A DNA stretch of 63,201 nt, filler included, from Craspedostauros australis (lineage: Eukaryota), in NCBI GenBank assembly GCA_030167865.1. It is 10 parts of 10 records of this genome, joined end to end, with 100 filler letters (N's around TTAATTAATTAA, not from the genome) between each part and the next. Parts side by side here need not be neighbours in the genome. Positions count along the whole stretch, not along the records: positions 1 to 20,017 come from JALAGF010004647.1; positions 20,118 to 42,182 come from JALAGF010004648.1; 8 more parts are not named here. One strand, 5' to 3'. Position 1 is the first letter of the stretch. Each line of letters begins with the position of its first letter. A program made the position numbers and the translations under genes. Positions 10,695 through 23,625 of the stretch are shown here, in pieces. The notes under the pieces are model-generated. The model saw only the letters and a program-made list of their open reading frames with translations. It had not been told where the DNA came from and did no database searches.

Positions 10695-12509
10695 ATGTTG
10701 AGGGCCGATGCGTCGATGGATGAAAGCAGCGTGATCGTGAGTGCTACCAACAACAGCAGCACCAACAACGCCGCGCACGATGATGGCAACGCGAACAGCG
10801 CAGGCAGAAGAGCTGCCGTTGCTTCGCTGAAGAGTGCTTCGGATGCCAAGCGACGCATGGAGCACATGACGAGCGGGGTGGATCGACGCATCGTCTACGC
10901 CGTGGTGCTTCTATTTGCCACCTACCTGGTCCTCAACATCACTGCAATGTCACGCATGCCCACCGCGGAAGGCAGCAACGATCAGCTCTTCTTTGAGCGG
11001 TATCAGGCCAATGCGGAACAGCGTGCAGGCAAATACGTATCACCGCCAGGCGGGATCAAGAGCCCAGCGCATCACGCGAAGGTGGATACAACGTTCGGTT
11101 TGCCCAAGCAATACAAGAGTTACAAGGACATCGCGGACGTGGATGTGCTGCAGCATGTCTTCCCCATTCACGCGGGAGACGACACGGAAGAGATCGATCA
11201 CCCTGGCGCGCTACTGGCCTCCAAGAGGACCAACCCAGATCTGCCATCGAAGATGACGGTGCCCGAGTTCTGGCGACCCACAGCGTACGGTCCCAATGGC
11301 GTGCGGCACTTCCTTGGCGAGCACGGCGCGCGTCTCATGGAGGCAAGGGAAGCCGAGCAGATAGGAAGCTTCACGCAGATGCCATCCAAGGACGGCACGG
11401 AGTTCGAGACCGTCTATGTCTCCATCGCATCGTACCGCGATTACGAATGCCGAGCGACGTTGGAAGATATCTTCGAACGAGCGAAGTATCCGGAACGACT
11501 TCGCGTCGCCGTCATCGATCAGCGGACGGGGGAGGATGATTCCTGCACGGAACCGAGATTGCCATGTTCGCAGGATTCGACACAGACATTGTGCAAGTAC
11601 CAACCGATGATTGACGTCTTCGAGGTGGATGCGAAGCTGTCTGTGGGGCCCGTCTTTGCGCGACACCTGGCCCATCGCATGTACCGAGGAGAATATTTCG
11701 CGATGCAAGTAGATTCGCACGTGCGCTTCACACAGGACTGGGACGTCGATCTTATCGGCCAATGGAAGTCTGCCAACAACGAGATGGCCGTCATGACAAC
11801 CTACCTATCCGACATCATCGGCAGCATCGACCCCGTCACACACAAGAACCACCATCCCGGACGTCCGATCATGTGTAAGACAGGTTACGAAGGGAACGGC
11901 AAGCTGAGGCATCTGCGGCACGGACAGCAACCGGAGGGTATTCCAGGTATTCACAACCAACCGACTTTGCATCCCTTCTGGGCGGCTGGCTTTTCATTCG
12001 CACGCGGCCATTTCGTCGTTCAGGTGCCCTACGATCAGTACCTCCCGATGGTGTTCCAAGGAGAGGAGATCAGCATCGGTTTACGAGGCTTCACCTACGG
12101 ATACGACTACTACACTGCAGAACGCTCCGTCGCATTCCACATGTACGCGGTCAAGGAGAACAAGGCACGGCGGCAACGCGTCAAGCTGTTTTGGGAGAAC
12201 GGAAGTCTGTATCCTGGCAGCGGACTGGCCGGCATGAAGCGGCTCAACGGCATCATCGGTATGGGCGACCCCGAGGATGAGTACTTCACCACAGACGAAG
12301 ACGAATACGGTCTGGGCAAGGTGCGGCAGAAGCAAGAATTCTTCAAACTGTACGGCATCCACCCAGAGACGAAGACCGTCGAGGGCAACCTTTGTAAATT
12401 CGTCGGCAAGCCGATGCAGCGCAAGTTCATACCGTTCTTGCGGAGAAACCGCATGGGCATCGATTTCAGCAAGACAGATTTTGAATTCGTGGATCCGGAC
12501 CCGGAATGA
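10695..12509 (+). CDS. GT60-like polypeptide alpha-GlcNAc transferase (Gnt1/Gnt2 family), type II membrane
   Basis: 604-aa ORF with a TM segment (IVYAVVLLFATYLVLNI). Motifs VYVSIASYRDYEC, GPVFARH, YFAMQVDSHVRF (DSH), FWAAGFSF and PMVFQGEE. Confidence 0.85.
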   Translation: MLRADASMDESSVIVSATNNSSTNNAAHDDGNANSAGRRAAVASLKSASDAKRRMEHMTSGVDRRIVYAVVLLFATYLVLNITAMSRMPTAEGSNDQLFFERYQANAEQRAGKYVSPPGGIKSPAHHAKVDTTFGLPKQYKSYKDIADVDVLQHVFPIHAGDDTEEIDHPGALLASKRTNPDLPSKMTVPEFWRPTAYGPNGVRHFLGEHGARLMEAREAEQIGSFTQMPSKDGTEFETVYVSIASYRDYECRATLEDIFERAKYPERLRVAVIDQRTGEDDSCTEPRLPCSQDSTQTLCKYQPMIDVFEVDAKLSVGPVFARHLAHRMYRGEYFAMQVDSHVRFTQDWDVDLIGQWKSANNEMAVMTTYLSDIIGSIDPVTHKNHHPGRPIMCKTGYEGNGKLRHLRHGQQPEGIPGIHNQPTLHPFWAAGFSFARGHFVVQVPYDQYLPMVFQGEEISIGLRGFTYGYDYYTAERSVAFHMYAVKENKARRQRVKLFWENGSLYPGSGLAGMKRLNGIIGMGDPEDEYFTTDEDEYGLGKVRQKQEFFKLYGIHPETKTVEGNLCKFVGKPMQRKFIPFLRRNRMGIDFSKTDFEFVDPDPE

Positions 12510-12615
12510 TCGTTACAAGAATCTTTGCACGAGCTGTGCGGGTGCATTGAAAGGACATTGGAAACATGTATTACAATAATAGTAGATAGTAGGGCATTCA
12601 GCGGCAATTCATGCT

Positions 12616-14705
12616 TTAGTTTGATGTGGCACTGCGATCTTCACCGCGCAGTACTCTCCAGACACCCGTCTTGCTTTGGAAGCGCAACATGCCCGTCACA
12701 ACTTGCGTGCCCATGAAAGCAGCCAGCGCCCACCAGATCTGCCCCAACGTTGCTGCCCCAGCTTGACGAACGAATTCACGGATCATACCAATGCACACCA
12801 CGTTGGCGGACCACATGGCCAGCATGGTGAAGAGCCAATCCAAGCCTCCCATCACGATGCCGTTGACCGGGTACGCAAGTCCCTTGCAGACCTGCGTGAG
12901 CAACACCACCGGGAAGATGGAGGCCGCCGCCGCTCGGATTTCCACGTTGCTTGTCAGGCCCCGTAGGATGGAATCGCGTTGCAGATACGTCGTGACGGAA
13001 AGCAAGGTCGCGACCACGCCACCGATGCAAATGGATGTGTTGATGAGGTGCTGCACCAGCTTGGCCTTCACTTTTGGTTTGTGCGTCGTAGTGTCTGCCA
13101 TTTCTCGGCTATCCCCAAAGTTCCATGAAGGCATGCGTGGAGAAGATGGTTCAAGAGAGAGTGGAGTCGATCATACGAGTATGCACAACAGAAGCGGAAG
13201 AATCATGAGTTGAGCGACGTGTGGGAAGGTGATACTCATCATGTTCAATCGAATTGACTCGATAAGAGTAGCAATGTGATGTGACGCGATTTGATCCACT
13301 TTGATTCAATTGGCTCCGATAGCCATTGGCACAAGTGTCATGCATGTAGTATGTGACGCAAGTAAGGGCAACGACATGACACACAATGCGCCGCGCCGCA
13401 CTTCACTGCAGTATTGCCACCACCACAACTCCATAACCCCACGGCAACGTTGCATTTCATTACTCGTTCTGTCACTTACGCCAAGAGTGTTTGCACAGCC
13501 ACGGCGACTGCCTCGCAGATTTGCGTCGTTGCGAATCCGAGCTGGAAGGTGAGATTGTAGGCGGCAGCTCCGACGGATCCGAGCAGAGCGGCTTGCCGCG
13601 CGCACACCGAATAGGCCAGAACCTTGCCCATGGTACGGAACAGCACCAAGCTCCCAGCCTGCAGGTAGGCCTTGAGCGACGCACCAAGCTCCTTGAGCTG
13701 ACCCAGGATGTCGATCTTGACCTTCTTGTTCAATGCCAGCATCAGCGGGAGCAACGCGATGTACTGTGCCAACGCCGTTCCTGCGGCCGCTCCGGATGCT
13801 CCAAATCCAAGCGTGAAGATGAAGATGGGATCCAAGGTGGCATTCAACGCGGTGAAGAAGAGGGAGTACGCAAGCGGCGTGCTTGTGTCGCCCAGACCAC
13901 GGAAGATGCCATTGGTGACAAGCCACAGAGTCGCGGCAGGCGTTCCCAATGCTCGAACTCGCAGGTAAGAGACCGCAGAATGCCACATCGGCGAGGACGC
14001 GGTGAGTCCCATTCCTCTGATGATCCCGGACGCAAGAATCGTGTAGACGACGAGCTGAATGGCACCTACGCAGAATGCCAGCAGCAGCGCCGACGACACC
14101 GCGATGGAGAGTTGCTTGCGGTCCTCCTCGGCGTCCCTTTGCTCCGTGCCGCGCGCCTTGCCATCCTGACTCGCCACCAACGAGATGCTCGTGCGCAGCA
14201 AGGGGTCATTGTAGAGCTTGGAAACCGCGTACTGCGCCGAGATGGCAACACCGGCACCGCCCAACACTTCAGGTCCCAATCGTCCAAGGTAGGCCGTATC
14301 CACGAGTGCCGCCAAGGGCTCCGCAGCTAGCTGCACGAAGGCCGGAATGCCGATAGTCAAGAATTCACGCGTCAATCGTCGCTTTTGCTTCTTGAGAGAT
14401 TGTTCTGAGCCAGCATCGTCGTTGTCATGGCCGTCTTCGCGATCATACCCGCCAGGTTCGATCGCGCCATCTGTTGCGTGAAGCACGCATCGGCGTGCGG
14501 GTGATTGAAAATGAAGTGATGGGCTGTTGGCACAAAGATGCGATCTTGGATTGCGAATCGAAAGCGGAAGGCTCGGCCGCACATGAATCAGAGTGCTTCG
14601 CAAGGAAGCTGTAGCTGGTTGAAAGCCGGACGAAGAATTGATCAGCGACAGCGCCACGTTGATCAGCACAAGTGCCGCGCCAATTCCTGTCTTCATGATC
14701 ATCAT
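12616..14705 (-). CDS. MATE (DinF-like) efflux transporter, probably plastid-targeted; exons 14705-13480 and 13108-12616
   Basis: IGIPAFVQLAAEPLAALVDTAYLGRLG, YLRVRALGTPA, GIFRGLGDT, LDPIFIF and GAAAGTALAQY. Signal peptide followed by SSG-FQP. The GC|GTAAG...TAG|C junction restores the frame. Confidence 0.9.
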
Positions 14706-15238
14706 CGTGGAACATCAATGTTGCCCATCATGTGGACTGATGTTTGGCGTTGTGCACGAGCCACGGTCCACGCTACACAGTCCGCGCTGCATGGTCAACG
14801 TTCATGGGATTTTGGGTTGCCGAAAATGAGTGGCGATGCCGACAACCTTAGTCCCTCTTTTGATGTTTGGTGCGTTTGATGTGCTTGATTTGGTTGATGT
14901 GTGTGACGTCACAACACACACCCAACCAGTCCACCAAAAATCACACGTTACCACGATTTCGGCACAAGGCAGGAGAACTCGCGACACATGTCTTGGTGGC
15001 CTTGTGCTCATGGCGGCAGTAAGATTACGATCTATGCGAAAGCTACGGACTGTGCCTGCAGATAGAGAGAGAGAGAGAGAGAAGCATAAGCATCGTTGTT
15101 GCATTCCAACAAATGCTACACTCGTTACAAACTTACGCGTATCTGCTACATGAACTGTGCACAGGTATATCAAACGAGGAGACGATATGTCATGGATCCA
15201 CCGCCTCATCATGCTGGCCTTGCAACACGGTCGTTGCC

Positions 15239-17141
15239 TTACGGCCCAAACAGCACCTCCAACCTGTTGCCCTTCGACTCCGTCTCCTCCTCTTCCACTT
15301 CATCGTTGCCTCCGTGGCTTGCCTCCCGTTTTCCGTGTCGTTCTTCCCGTCGCGTCTCTCGCGCCGTGCGCTTTGCCTCCTTCTTGGTCTGCTTGGCGGA
15401 GAACGCTTTTGGTTCCCTCCATCTTTTGTCGGGCCTCTTCACGTACATGTAGCCACAGAGCGCAATGATTGCCACGAGGAATACAACCAGCACAACTAGC
15501 ATCCAAGTCTTGAAGTCATTGCTCCTGTCTCTCGGTGCGGCATTGTCTTCGATGAAGAGGATGTACTCGGTCGGATTGGCACCGGCAACATGAATATAGT
15601 ATTCTTCATCCTGGGATGCCCAGAAACGCATGGTGATTGGATCGGCTGGATTTGCCAGCATGGTGCTGCCAACACCCTGATCATGGTTGCATGGCGCAAG
15701 CCGTTTTTGTACGTGTTCCAAACACTCATGCGTGGAGCAACTGAGACCGACGGATGCGCTGATCATTGCATCGTTTGGACTACAGACAGTGACGACCACG
15801 TCGCCTCCGCTCCCAATGAACTTATGGAAATTGCCAATCGCCTCCATTTGATTTCCGCAAATCGTATCATCAAAGAAGTTGACGGTCGTTGTGTGGATGC
15901 TTCCATTCACGAAGGTGTCCAAGGGAGTATCTTGCGTCGCATCGCACGCATCCTTACGTGTTCGGATGATCTGTTCGCGTGATGCGTCCGAGATCACCAT
16001 CGAGAATGCGGCGAAGGTCGAGCTGGAATGAACATGCAGATGGTAGGTTTGGTTCAATACGGTGTTCCATGTGATCGCATCTGTGCTCATTTGCGAGCAC
16101 TCGGCTTGGAAGGTGCCGTACGTAACGCAAGTGGTGGCATTGTAGTCGCATTCCCCGTCGTAAATGGACAAGAACACGTTGCTGCTGCCGTCGATGTTTT
16201 CGTTGATCGTGCCACGTGTCCTTTCTGAGCACAACGAGGCCGCAAGCTCGTCGCCGGTACCGACAACGGAGTACCAGATACCCGGTCGATTGCTTGCCGT
16301 CCCGCAACGATTCGCATGGAACGAATCCTGCGTCGCGTTTGATGTGTCGCCCTTGATCCTGTCGCCGAGCTGAAGCAATATTGAATCGCGGCACTTGTCG
16401 TTTGGGACCGTGACGGTGTCAGTTTCCACTGACAATTGAAAGCTTATATCGGCGTAGCTTCTGACTTGGATGAAGTACTCTTCGTCTTTCGTTGTGTTCC
16501 ATGCATATCCCAACGCTTCGTTGTTGTTGCATTGCGCCGATCCTACCTCTGAGAAGGCGAGGCACCGTTGCTCCGTGTTGCAGGCAGTGTGAATGGCAAA
16601 GCTGGCGCTCGGTATCGTCGCTGTTGCCGCTGATTCTGTTGTTGATAACGCTGTAGACAGGACAGCATCCAAACACAAATGGGCTGTGAATGTTCCGCCG
16701 TCGCCAACAACCGAGTACCAGACTCCCTTCGCATCACTCTGCTCGCCGCATAAGAAGGCGTTGAAGAAATCGTGATTGGCTCCGTGGTTCGTCCCAGTCA
16801 CTGAGTTGCTGAACACGAGCTCAGCGCTGTTGACGCACCGGTCGTTGATGGGGGTGGACGACTGCGATGTCGCTGTGATCACACCTTGTGCATCTGCAAA
16901 GTTTCGTCATGAATGATCATATCCTCATCGAGGGGAAGATGCGACGGTGCACGTGAGTAGGTGAGTGGACGATCAATCAATAGCTGCAACATCCAAACAC
17001 ATCCCATCAGGTGATGCTCTTTGTGCTCGTACATAATCAACGTCCGCGTAGCTTACCAACTTGGAGGCACCGCTCAGAATAGTACAGCGCCCAGAGCAAG
17101 AGGGAACAGCCAAAGCCGGGCTTGCTGCTGACGGCGACCAT
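15239..17141 (-). CDS. Type I membrane protein with three Cys-rich ND-x-C...G-x-W-Y repeats; exons 17141-17057 and 16893-15239; about 579 aa
   Basis: Signal-like exon 1 (MVAVSSKPGFGCSLLLWALY) with a G|GTAAG...CAG|AT junction. Repeats NDRC..CG..GVWYSVVGDG and NDKC..CG..GIWYSVVGTG. C-terminal TM (WMLVVLVVFLVAIIALCGYMYV) and a charged tail. Confidence 0.8.
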
Positions 17142-18055
17142 GGTGGTCTATTGATGTCGCGAGGGGGATGACAGAAGGAAAGAAGCAAAGTGCTCGCGCA
17201 ATTGATGCTGAGTTTGTGTGTGCGATGGAGATGCTGGAGCACGTGGTTCTCGTCTCGATCGACTCTGGCCTCGCGGTGCGTGAATTTATGATGACAACTC
17301 AGATGTCATGTTTGGCACAGCGCGGGTTGATGTCCACCCCTGCGCCTCTCCCAGCCTTTCCTCACATCAGGGAGAGTGAAGCGGGTACGAAAGTCTTCAA
17401 GTGCGAATGGTGGTACTCCGTGGGCGGAAGGGGGCTTCTCTCTTCTCTCGGACTTCGCTTCCCTCCTGTTTGTGGGTGGGAACCACCGACGTTCCCGTTT
17501 TTTCGCGCGCAAAGAAACATCTCCGATCTTGTTAGCTTGGATACCTTTTTCCCAAATTCAAAGTCGACCATCCGGGACTCATCAGCGAGATTCATCGACC
17601 ATTTAATCGGATGGATCAAGGTCTTTGTGCGTGTGGAACAGGCGACCTCGCAAGAATAGCTCGAGTTCGTCCTTGATGGAGACAAACCTCGCTGACATCA
17701 GCGAAGACATGACGTCATCACGCCATCCACGACCATTCCGCGAAACAACGAAGAAACGTTGATCGCCAAAAGTTGTGGCAGTCACGAAGGTGACTGATGC
17801 AAACTCGGGAATGGCTTTTGTTCCACAACAACAGTCAAATGAACACAAAAGAGTGTTCTGTGGAAACAGATTTGATTCCTTCCGCACAATAGCAACAGCC
17901 AGTGGTGACGACCAACAAGGGCAACCAAGCAGAGGAAGAACAAGGAGCGAGGGGAGAAACCAATGAGAGGATCAAGACATCACCAAACCAAGCCACACGA
18001 CGCCAAATGAGATCAAGGTGGACGCATCGGAGGACTCTGGAGAGAGCAGAGCAGC

Positions 18056-20017
18056 ATGGATGCCTTCCTGCTGATCACGTCATGCTTCGTGTCACTGTGT
18101 CTACCAGGACGGATCTTCCCATCAAGGTCTCGGACGGTCCAGCTGACGACGACCATCGCCTTCGCTCTTTCATTGGGATTGCTCAGTCTCAGCATCCTTG
18201 ACGCAGTTCCATCAACATGGCTCATGCTCCTCACCAAGACAATTCCAGTGCCATCATCATCATCATCATCATCGACAACAGCAACAACAACACTGGCAAC
18301 GCCGCTATCGATACGAATATGGAACATGGCATGGATGGGGTGGACGATATTCCCAACCACGCTGTCGGTCGCAGGCGCATACTGGATCCTGCTCTGGAGT
18401 TGCGGCCTCTTCGTCTTCATTCTTGTTCCGGGATTCACGGGATATCAGGCAGTGAGATGGATCATATCCAGATCCAACCAACTGGCCAGCGTCATCATCA
18501 AGCTCATGCCGCTGCGATGCTTCACGGTCTACAGGATCGTCTACCTCATCCTTTCCAGATGCTATCAAATGATATCGCGTCTCCTGTGCTTCTGTCGGAA
18601 TCGCAAGAGCCCGTCAGAACCAGTCCTCGTCATGACACGGAGTGACCTGCCGTCATCGTCCGCATCAAAATCGACACCGACGTCGACAGTGGGACCGTTG
18701 TCCACACAGAGGGGAGCAGGTCGTGCATCACGCCTCCGCCTTTTGTTCCAGCGTTGTGTGCCGAGGATAAATCGCCACAGCATCTCACGTCAGTTGACGC
18801 GCTGTGCCAATCGAGTCATCGCCTTGGTGCCGGGGATGCTGGCATCGGGCCTTTGCATCGTTGCCATGAAGACAGTCTCTCCCATGTTCATCCAGATCGG
18901 GACCAAGGATCACCATGGTGGATCCGATCATTTGATTATCTTCTCGTACGCAGACGTAACCCTTGCAAGCATCGTCTCATGGATGGCAACCATCGGCATC
19001 TGCATTTCGGCCGTCCTCAATGGATTCGGCAGCGTCTCGATGCCGTTCACATGCCTGACGGGACTGTTCCTCAGGCCGGTTCGATTGGAAATGATCAACC
19101 GAGCAGAGTCAGAATTGCAAAGCATCCGCATGGTGCTGCAGTCCAAACGTCACGAGCTCAACGAGCCGTCCATGATGCGACAGAAATCGCTCTTGAACAT
19201 GAAGAACGGTTTCGCAGCGTCGTTCTCCAAGTCCCCAAGTCTCCGCGGCTTTGCGGACATGGGAGATGACATCTATCAGCACAAGCACGCCAAACGGAAA
19301 GAGATCGATTTCTTGGAAACGCTGTGCGGCGAGATGGCAGAAGATATCGAGGAGATGAAGGAGGTGTACCGATCGGCCAGCGCCGCCCGGACGTCAACGG
19401 GGAGAGTCAAGTCCTGGATTGGCATCGCCTTCTCCATCATCCTGCTGTTCCGGTTGTATTCTGCCGGTGTGAGCATGTGGTATCAGCACACTGCAAATCC
19501 AAAGGAATGGAGGGAGCACAGCGATGACATCGTCACGAAGGTCCTTCTGTGGTTCACAGGGCATCACTTGGTCTCCATCAAGGACTTCAGCACCTTGAGT
19601 CAGAGCTTGTCGCTCGGCCTCACAATAGTGCTGGGTGTCACCCAGCTGCGGACCTTCCTGCGCACCGTCGTGGTCATCAATCGCAGATTCAGCAAGTTCT
19701 ACGGACGATGTCATTGCATGCCATCAGCAGACGTCACGCCAACCTCCGCGCCATCATTATCAACGAACAACGGTGGCAGTGGCAGTGGCAGCACTGACGA
19801 CCATACAGCCAGCAACATCCCAACCAACGTGATATCCGCGCTGCTCATCTGCTACTGTTTGGCTTGCATCGTTCTGACAAAGATGATGATGCCCATCAAG
19901 TACTCCAACGAGTTTTGGAGTGCCATCGACAGCTCCGATCCATCGTATACAATCCATGATTCCATGGTCAACACCATCTACGCTATCGCCGCAATGATCT
20001 CAGCATCCATGTTCCTC
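18056..20017 (+). CDS. GPR89: GPR89/GPHR (Golgi pH regulator, GTG-like) membrane protein, truncated at the contig end
   Basis: Multi-TM ORF. SWMATIGICISAVLNGFGSVSMPF resembles the GPR89 'SRVGVIGV..A.LSGFGAV..PY' motif. It is followed by a helical loop, AARTSTGRVK and DIVTKVL. Confidence 0.75.
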
Positions 20018-20117
20018 NNNNNNNNNNNNNNNNNNNNNNNNNNNNNNNNNNNNNNNNNNNNTTAATTAATTAANNNNNNNNNNNNNNNNNNNNNNNNNNN
20101 NNNNNNNNNNNNNNNNN
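20018..20117. other. Artificial 100-nt contig spacer (44 N + TTAATTAATTAA + 44 N); also at 42183, 44596, 46644, 52872, 54980, 57056, 59638 and 61839
   Basis: Identical length and an all-frame-stop core at nine positions. Confidence 0.98.
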
Positions 20118-20800
20118 GGACTTGTTCTGCCAACCAAGACGACAGTGCGCTTTCCGGACCACCGCAGCAAAGTGTGACGAGAATGAGCAACACCAAAACA
20201 CCGCCGCAGCGAGGAAATCCCATCTCCACACACGCCACAATGCGGGACTCAGAAATGATCGTTTGCTCTCGTGAACCAACTCGGCATTCTTGTAGTAGTC
20301 GTATGAGTCGAACATCTCGAATCGAGTGCGCTCCATCACGTGTGGCGAACTGGCAACTGGCAGTTTCTTGTCATTTGTGAACAGACTCCGACACAAAAAA
20401 CGCGATTTTCTCTTTTTCCGACAACTCCCAGACAGGCAAGAGTGAGTTGTCCACTAATTCGGGATTGCCACGTGGTTGGTGATGCGACAAAACAGAACGC
20501 AAAGGCCTGATCCACTACTACTCGTTGTTTCTCCACCCAAAGCTCGAATTGTGCGTGGAGCATTGTCATGGCCTGTCCAGTTCGTCGTTTACATCCGTCG
20601 TTTACGTCCGTTGTTGTGTGCCAGTGAAAACACTTCGCCTGAAAGCGAAAATCATTCACCACAAATCAGAGACACGAAAGTACACGAAGGCAGAAACGAA
20701 GAGTTGACCAGAGTGTTGCTGAGCATACTGTTTTAATGTATTCTATTATATTCTATAATAGAATAGAATAGTACAGTACACAAGGGGGGCACAGAGCAAC

Positions 20801-22315
20801 ATGAAACCACTAACACACAAGAAGGATGACAACAAGAGGAACCTCTTCCGCATCTTCCAAAGGCACCGGAACAACCGCATCACTCACGGTCGCGGCCATG
20901 CCACTTCCATGTCCACTTCCATGTCTGCGGCTGCCTCCGTTGGTGCTGCTGCTTCCATCGTTGGCGGTACCGGTGTCGGTGGCGACGACCCCGCCGCGAC
21001 GGCAGCACTCACCCAAACAGCATCCACAGAAACAGGCACAGACGTGGCCACAGGCGCGGCCACAACCATGCCGACAGCGCGCGCTGGAAATCCCAAGACA
21101 ACGGCCTCTCGACAGAACATACTCACGGATGGCGAGAAGCTGCTGGCGAACGAACTCAGCAATCTGACTTTGGCAGAACGGGAGCACGTGTACAGCGACA
21201 TCCACGGCATCCCCACCTCGCAAGCCGAGGATCCGGAACGTGTGCAACAGAGTCTCCGCGATCTGGAGCGCGAGATCTCCTTGATCCGCAAGAAGGTCGC
21301 CTACTCCAAGGCCGTCTTCCTGGCGCCGGCACCGGTCAAAAGCCATGACATGCGCACCAACATGCTGCGCAAGGCGGGTTGGGATCCCGTGAAGGCCGCC
21401 GAGTTCCTGGTCCAGTTCTACGAACTGCGCAACTACCTCTTCGGCCCCGATCACTTGACGCGGCCCTTGACGTTTGATGACCTGCCCGAGGATGCCCAAA
21501 CCTCCATCCGCAGCGGTGGGCTGCTCGTGCGCGATCTGGGCAACGACCATCATCGCAGATTCCTCGTCCTGAATTACAAGCATTTCCATTTTCGCACGAC
21601 GATGGCGTTCCTGCAGGCCATATGGTACCTCATGGAGATGGTCGAAGCCTTGGATCATTCGGTGATCGGCAATCACATCGTCATCGCCAACATGATCGGC
21701 GCCACGGGCCAGCAGTATCGCATCGGACTGAGTTCCATCCGCCACATGTCCCAGCTGGGCATCACGGACTGCATGCCGGCCGAGATGACGAGCACGCATC
21801 TTTGCTTTGAGAATCCCCGCATCAAACCCTTCGTCAGTCTCGTCATGCTCACGTCGCCGCGCCATGTTCGGTTGCGCACCAAGCTGCATTACGGCAACCT
21901 GCCCGAGATCGCATTGGAGCTGGCCACGTACGGCGTACCGCGCGAGATGCTGCACTTCGAACCAGAAGCCTACGTCCAGGAATTGCGGCGCAGCGACGCG
22001 GCTCTGTTGCAGGAGAGCGATGAGAAGAAACCGAGCGACTGCTATCATTCGCCGCGGCAGATGGATGTCGTGATGGGGCGTGGACGGCCGTATCAGCAGC
22101 ATCCCGGCAATGTGGCGCTGATCGATTTTTTGAGGGGCCGGCCGCACAGAGACATCCAGCTGACGGTGGTGTCCCAGATCTATGTGGACCAGATCAAGAC
22201 GAAGGGTGTGCGATTTTTGAAGCGCCGCGGGCTGTATTGGGAAGAGATCAGTGACGACGAGGCGCGGCAGAAGGTGCGCATGACGCTGCGGAACATATCG
22301 CGGGGAGTCAGGTAG
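20801..22315 (+). CDS. Diatom DUF6824-family protein with an upstream CRAL-TRIO-like region
   Basis: LLANELSNLTLAEREHVYSDIHG, LFGPDHLTRPLTFDDL and C-terminal DVVMGRGRPYQQHPGN...GVRFLKR...WEEISDDEARQKV. Start codon uncertain. Confidence 0.8.
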   Translation: MKPLTHKKDDNKRNLFRIFQRHRNNRITHGRGHATSMSTSMSAAASVGAAASIVGGTGVGGDDPAATAALTQTASTETGTDVATGAATTMPTARAGNPKTTASRQNILTDGEKLLANELSNLTLAEREHVYSDIHGIPTSQAEDPERVQQSLRDLEREISLIRKKVAYSKAVFLAPAPVKSHDMRTNMLRKAGWDPVKAAEFLVQFYELRNYLFGPDHLTRPLTFDDLPEDAQTSIRSGGLLVRDLGNDHHRRFLVLNYKHFHFRTTMAFLQAIWYLMEMVEALDHSVIGNHIVIANMIGATGQQYRIGLSSIRHMSQLGITDCMPAEMTSTHLCFENPRIKPFVSLVMLTSPRHVRLRTKLHYGNLPEIALELATYGVPREMLHFEPEAYVQELRRSDAALLQESDEKKPSDCYHSPRQMDVVMGRGRPYQQHPGNVALIDFLRGRPHRDIQLTVVSQIYVDQIKTKGVRFLKRRGLYWEEISDDEARQKVRMTLRNISRGVR

Positions 22316-22758
22316 GTGGGTCAGCGGGTCAGTTACATGCTGCTGCAAGTTGATGCCATCTCGTCGTGTGCAGATTCATCAATTGAACCGGATGGCCAAC
22401 AACAGACTAGAGAATAGGCTTCGTTAGAGTAGAAGCATACTATATACATAGAGCAATGGAATGGAAGGCATCAGTACATACAGACGATCGTGTCATTCCA
22501 TTAGAATCGTACTTGTGCATAAACTAAAGTATCGTAGAACAGTGTTGTAAATCATATTATGTGTGTATGCGAGTATTATATTGTCTCAGAGCACTGTGGT
22601 TGGAAGGACAGAAGGAGACATGCTGGGAGCAGCGGTTGTTGCAACGATGTCAAGGGAGAAACAGATCTGGCACTGCGTGACACACCATACACATACATAG
22701 CGCAGTGCCATAATCACCCATCGCACCACATCGCGTGGCATGATGAAAGTACGCCGCC

Positions 22759-23625
22759 TCAAACGATCCGGAATCCGGTCTTGGTCTCGATTTCACCCGA
22801 AGCGCTCATCTCCGTGACGGTGCCGGGCTCCACTTCGAACGACGACATCTCCATGAGCCGCTTCTCCTTATCGGGCGCGAAGGCTTCATTGGCCAACGTC
22901 GTGACGCGCGTGTTGCGCTTGGCGATGGCACCGCCCAGAACGTGGCGTCCCGCGTTGGATCCCTTGCGCTGTCCCACGGCGATGGCCGCGAAGGCACCCA
23001 AGGCGCTAACGATGGTGGCCAGGAACCAGACATTGAAGGAACCGACGGTGCCGCCGATGGCCGCATTCTCGCCCGTGCCGCGCTCTTCGTACTGGTCGGG
23101 ATCGAAGTTCTCAGCGACGCTGCCGTCCGTGTTGTAGGCGACGCTGTTTTGGACGTAGACGGAGTTGCCGGATTCTACTTCGGTGTACGTTGTGAAGTCG
23201 CTGTTGCTGTCAAATCCATTGTCGGAGGGAGTGCAGCGTCCGTTGTCGCGGTTGTGCTTGCCGAGAGGGCCGTCGCAGATCACTGGTGGTTTGCAGATGG
23301 TGCGAGTGGTGCGTATGGTGTGAGTGGGTGAGTAAGTGTCTGTGGTCTTCTTCAATAGAACTTCAACATAACCACACGAGCTCTCTTTCTCATCGCAGAA
23401 CGACTGCTACTGCTACACTCTTTACGTACGAACGTGGGTTGGAAGCAGATTCCAAATGGACCAGAGCTCTCTGCGTTGTTGCTGCTGCTGTTCCAGCTGG
23501 GCTGGCAGTGGCACCAAGTTCTCTGACCGCGCATCAGCACCAGCTGCGGCAACAGCACCATTGCTTTGCAGTGTTGTCGCAGCAACGACGCAAACGCAAA
23601 CGATCCATGAACGCTGATTCATCAT
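22759..23625 (-). CDS. Single-pass membrane protein with signal peptide and RxL pro-peptide; exons 23625-23430 and 23282-22759; about 239 aa
   Basis: MMNQRSWIVCVCVVAATT...QQQQQRREL-WSIWNLL. The C|GTACGT...CAG|TG junction gives LLPTHVLICDGPLGKHNRDNGRC. Acidic/Asn-rich spacer, TM (FNVWFLATIVSALGAFAAIAVG) and cytosolic RHVLGGAIAKR. Confidence 0.75.
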
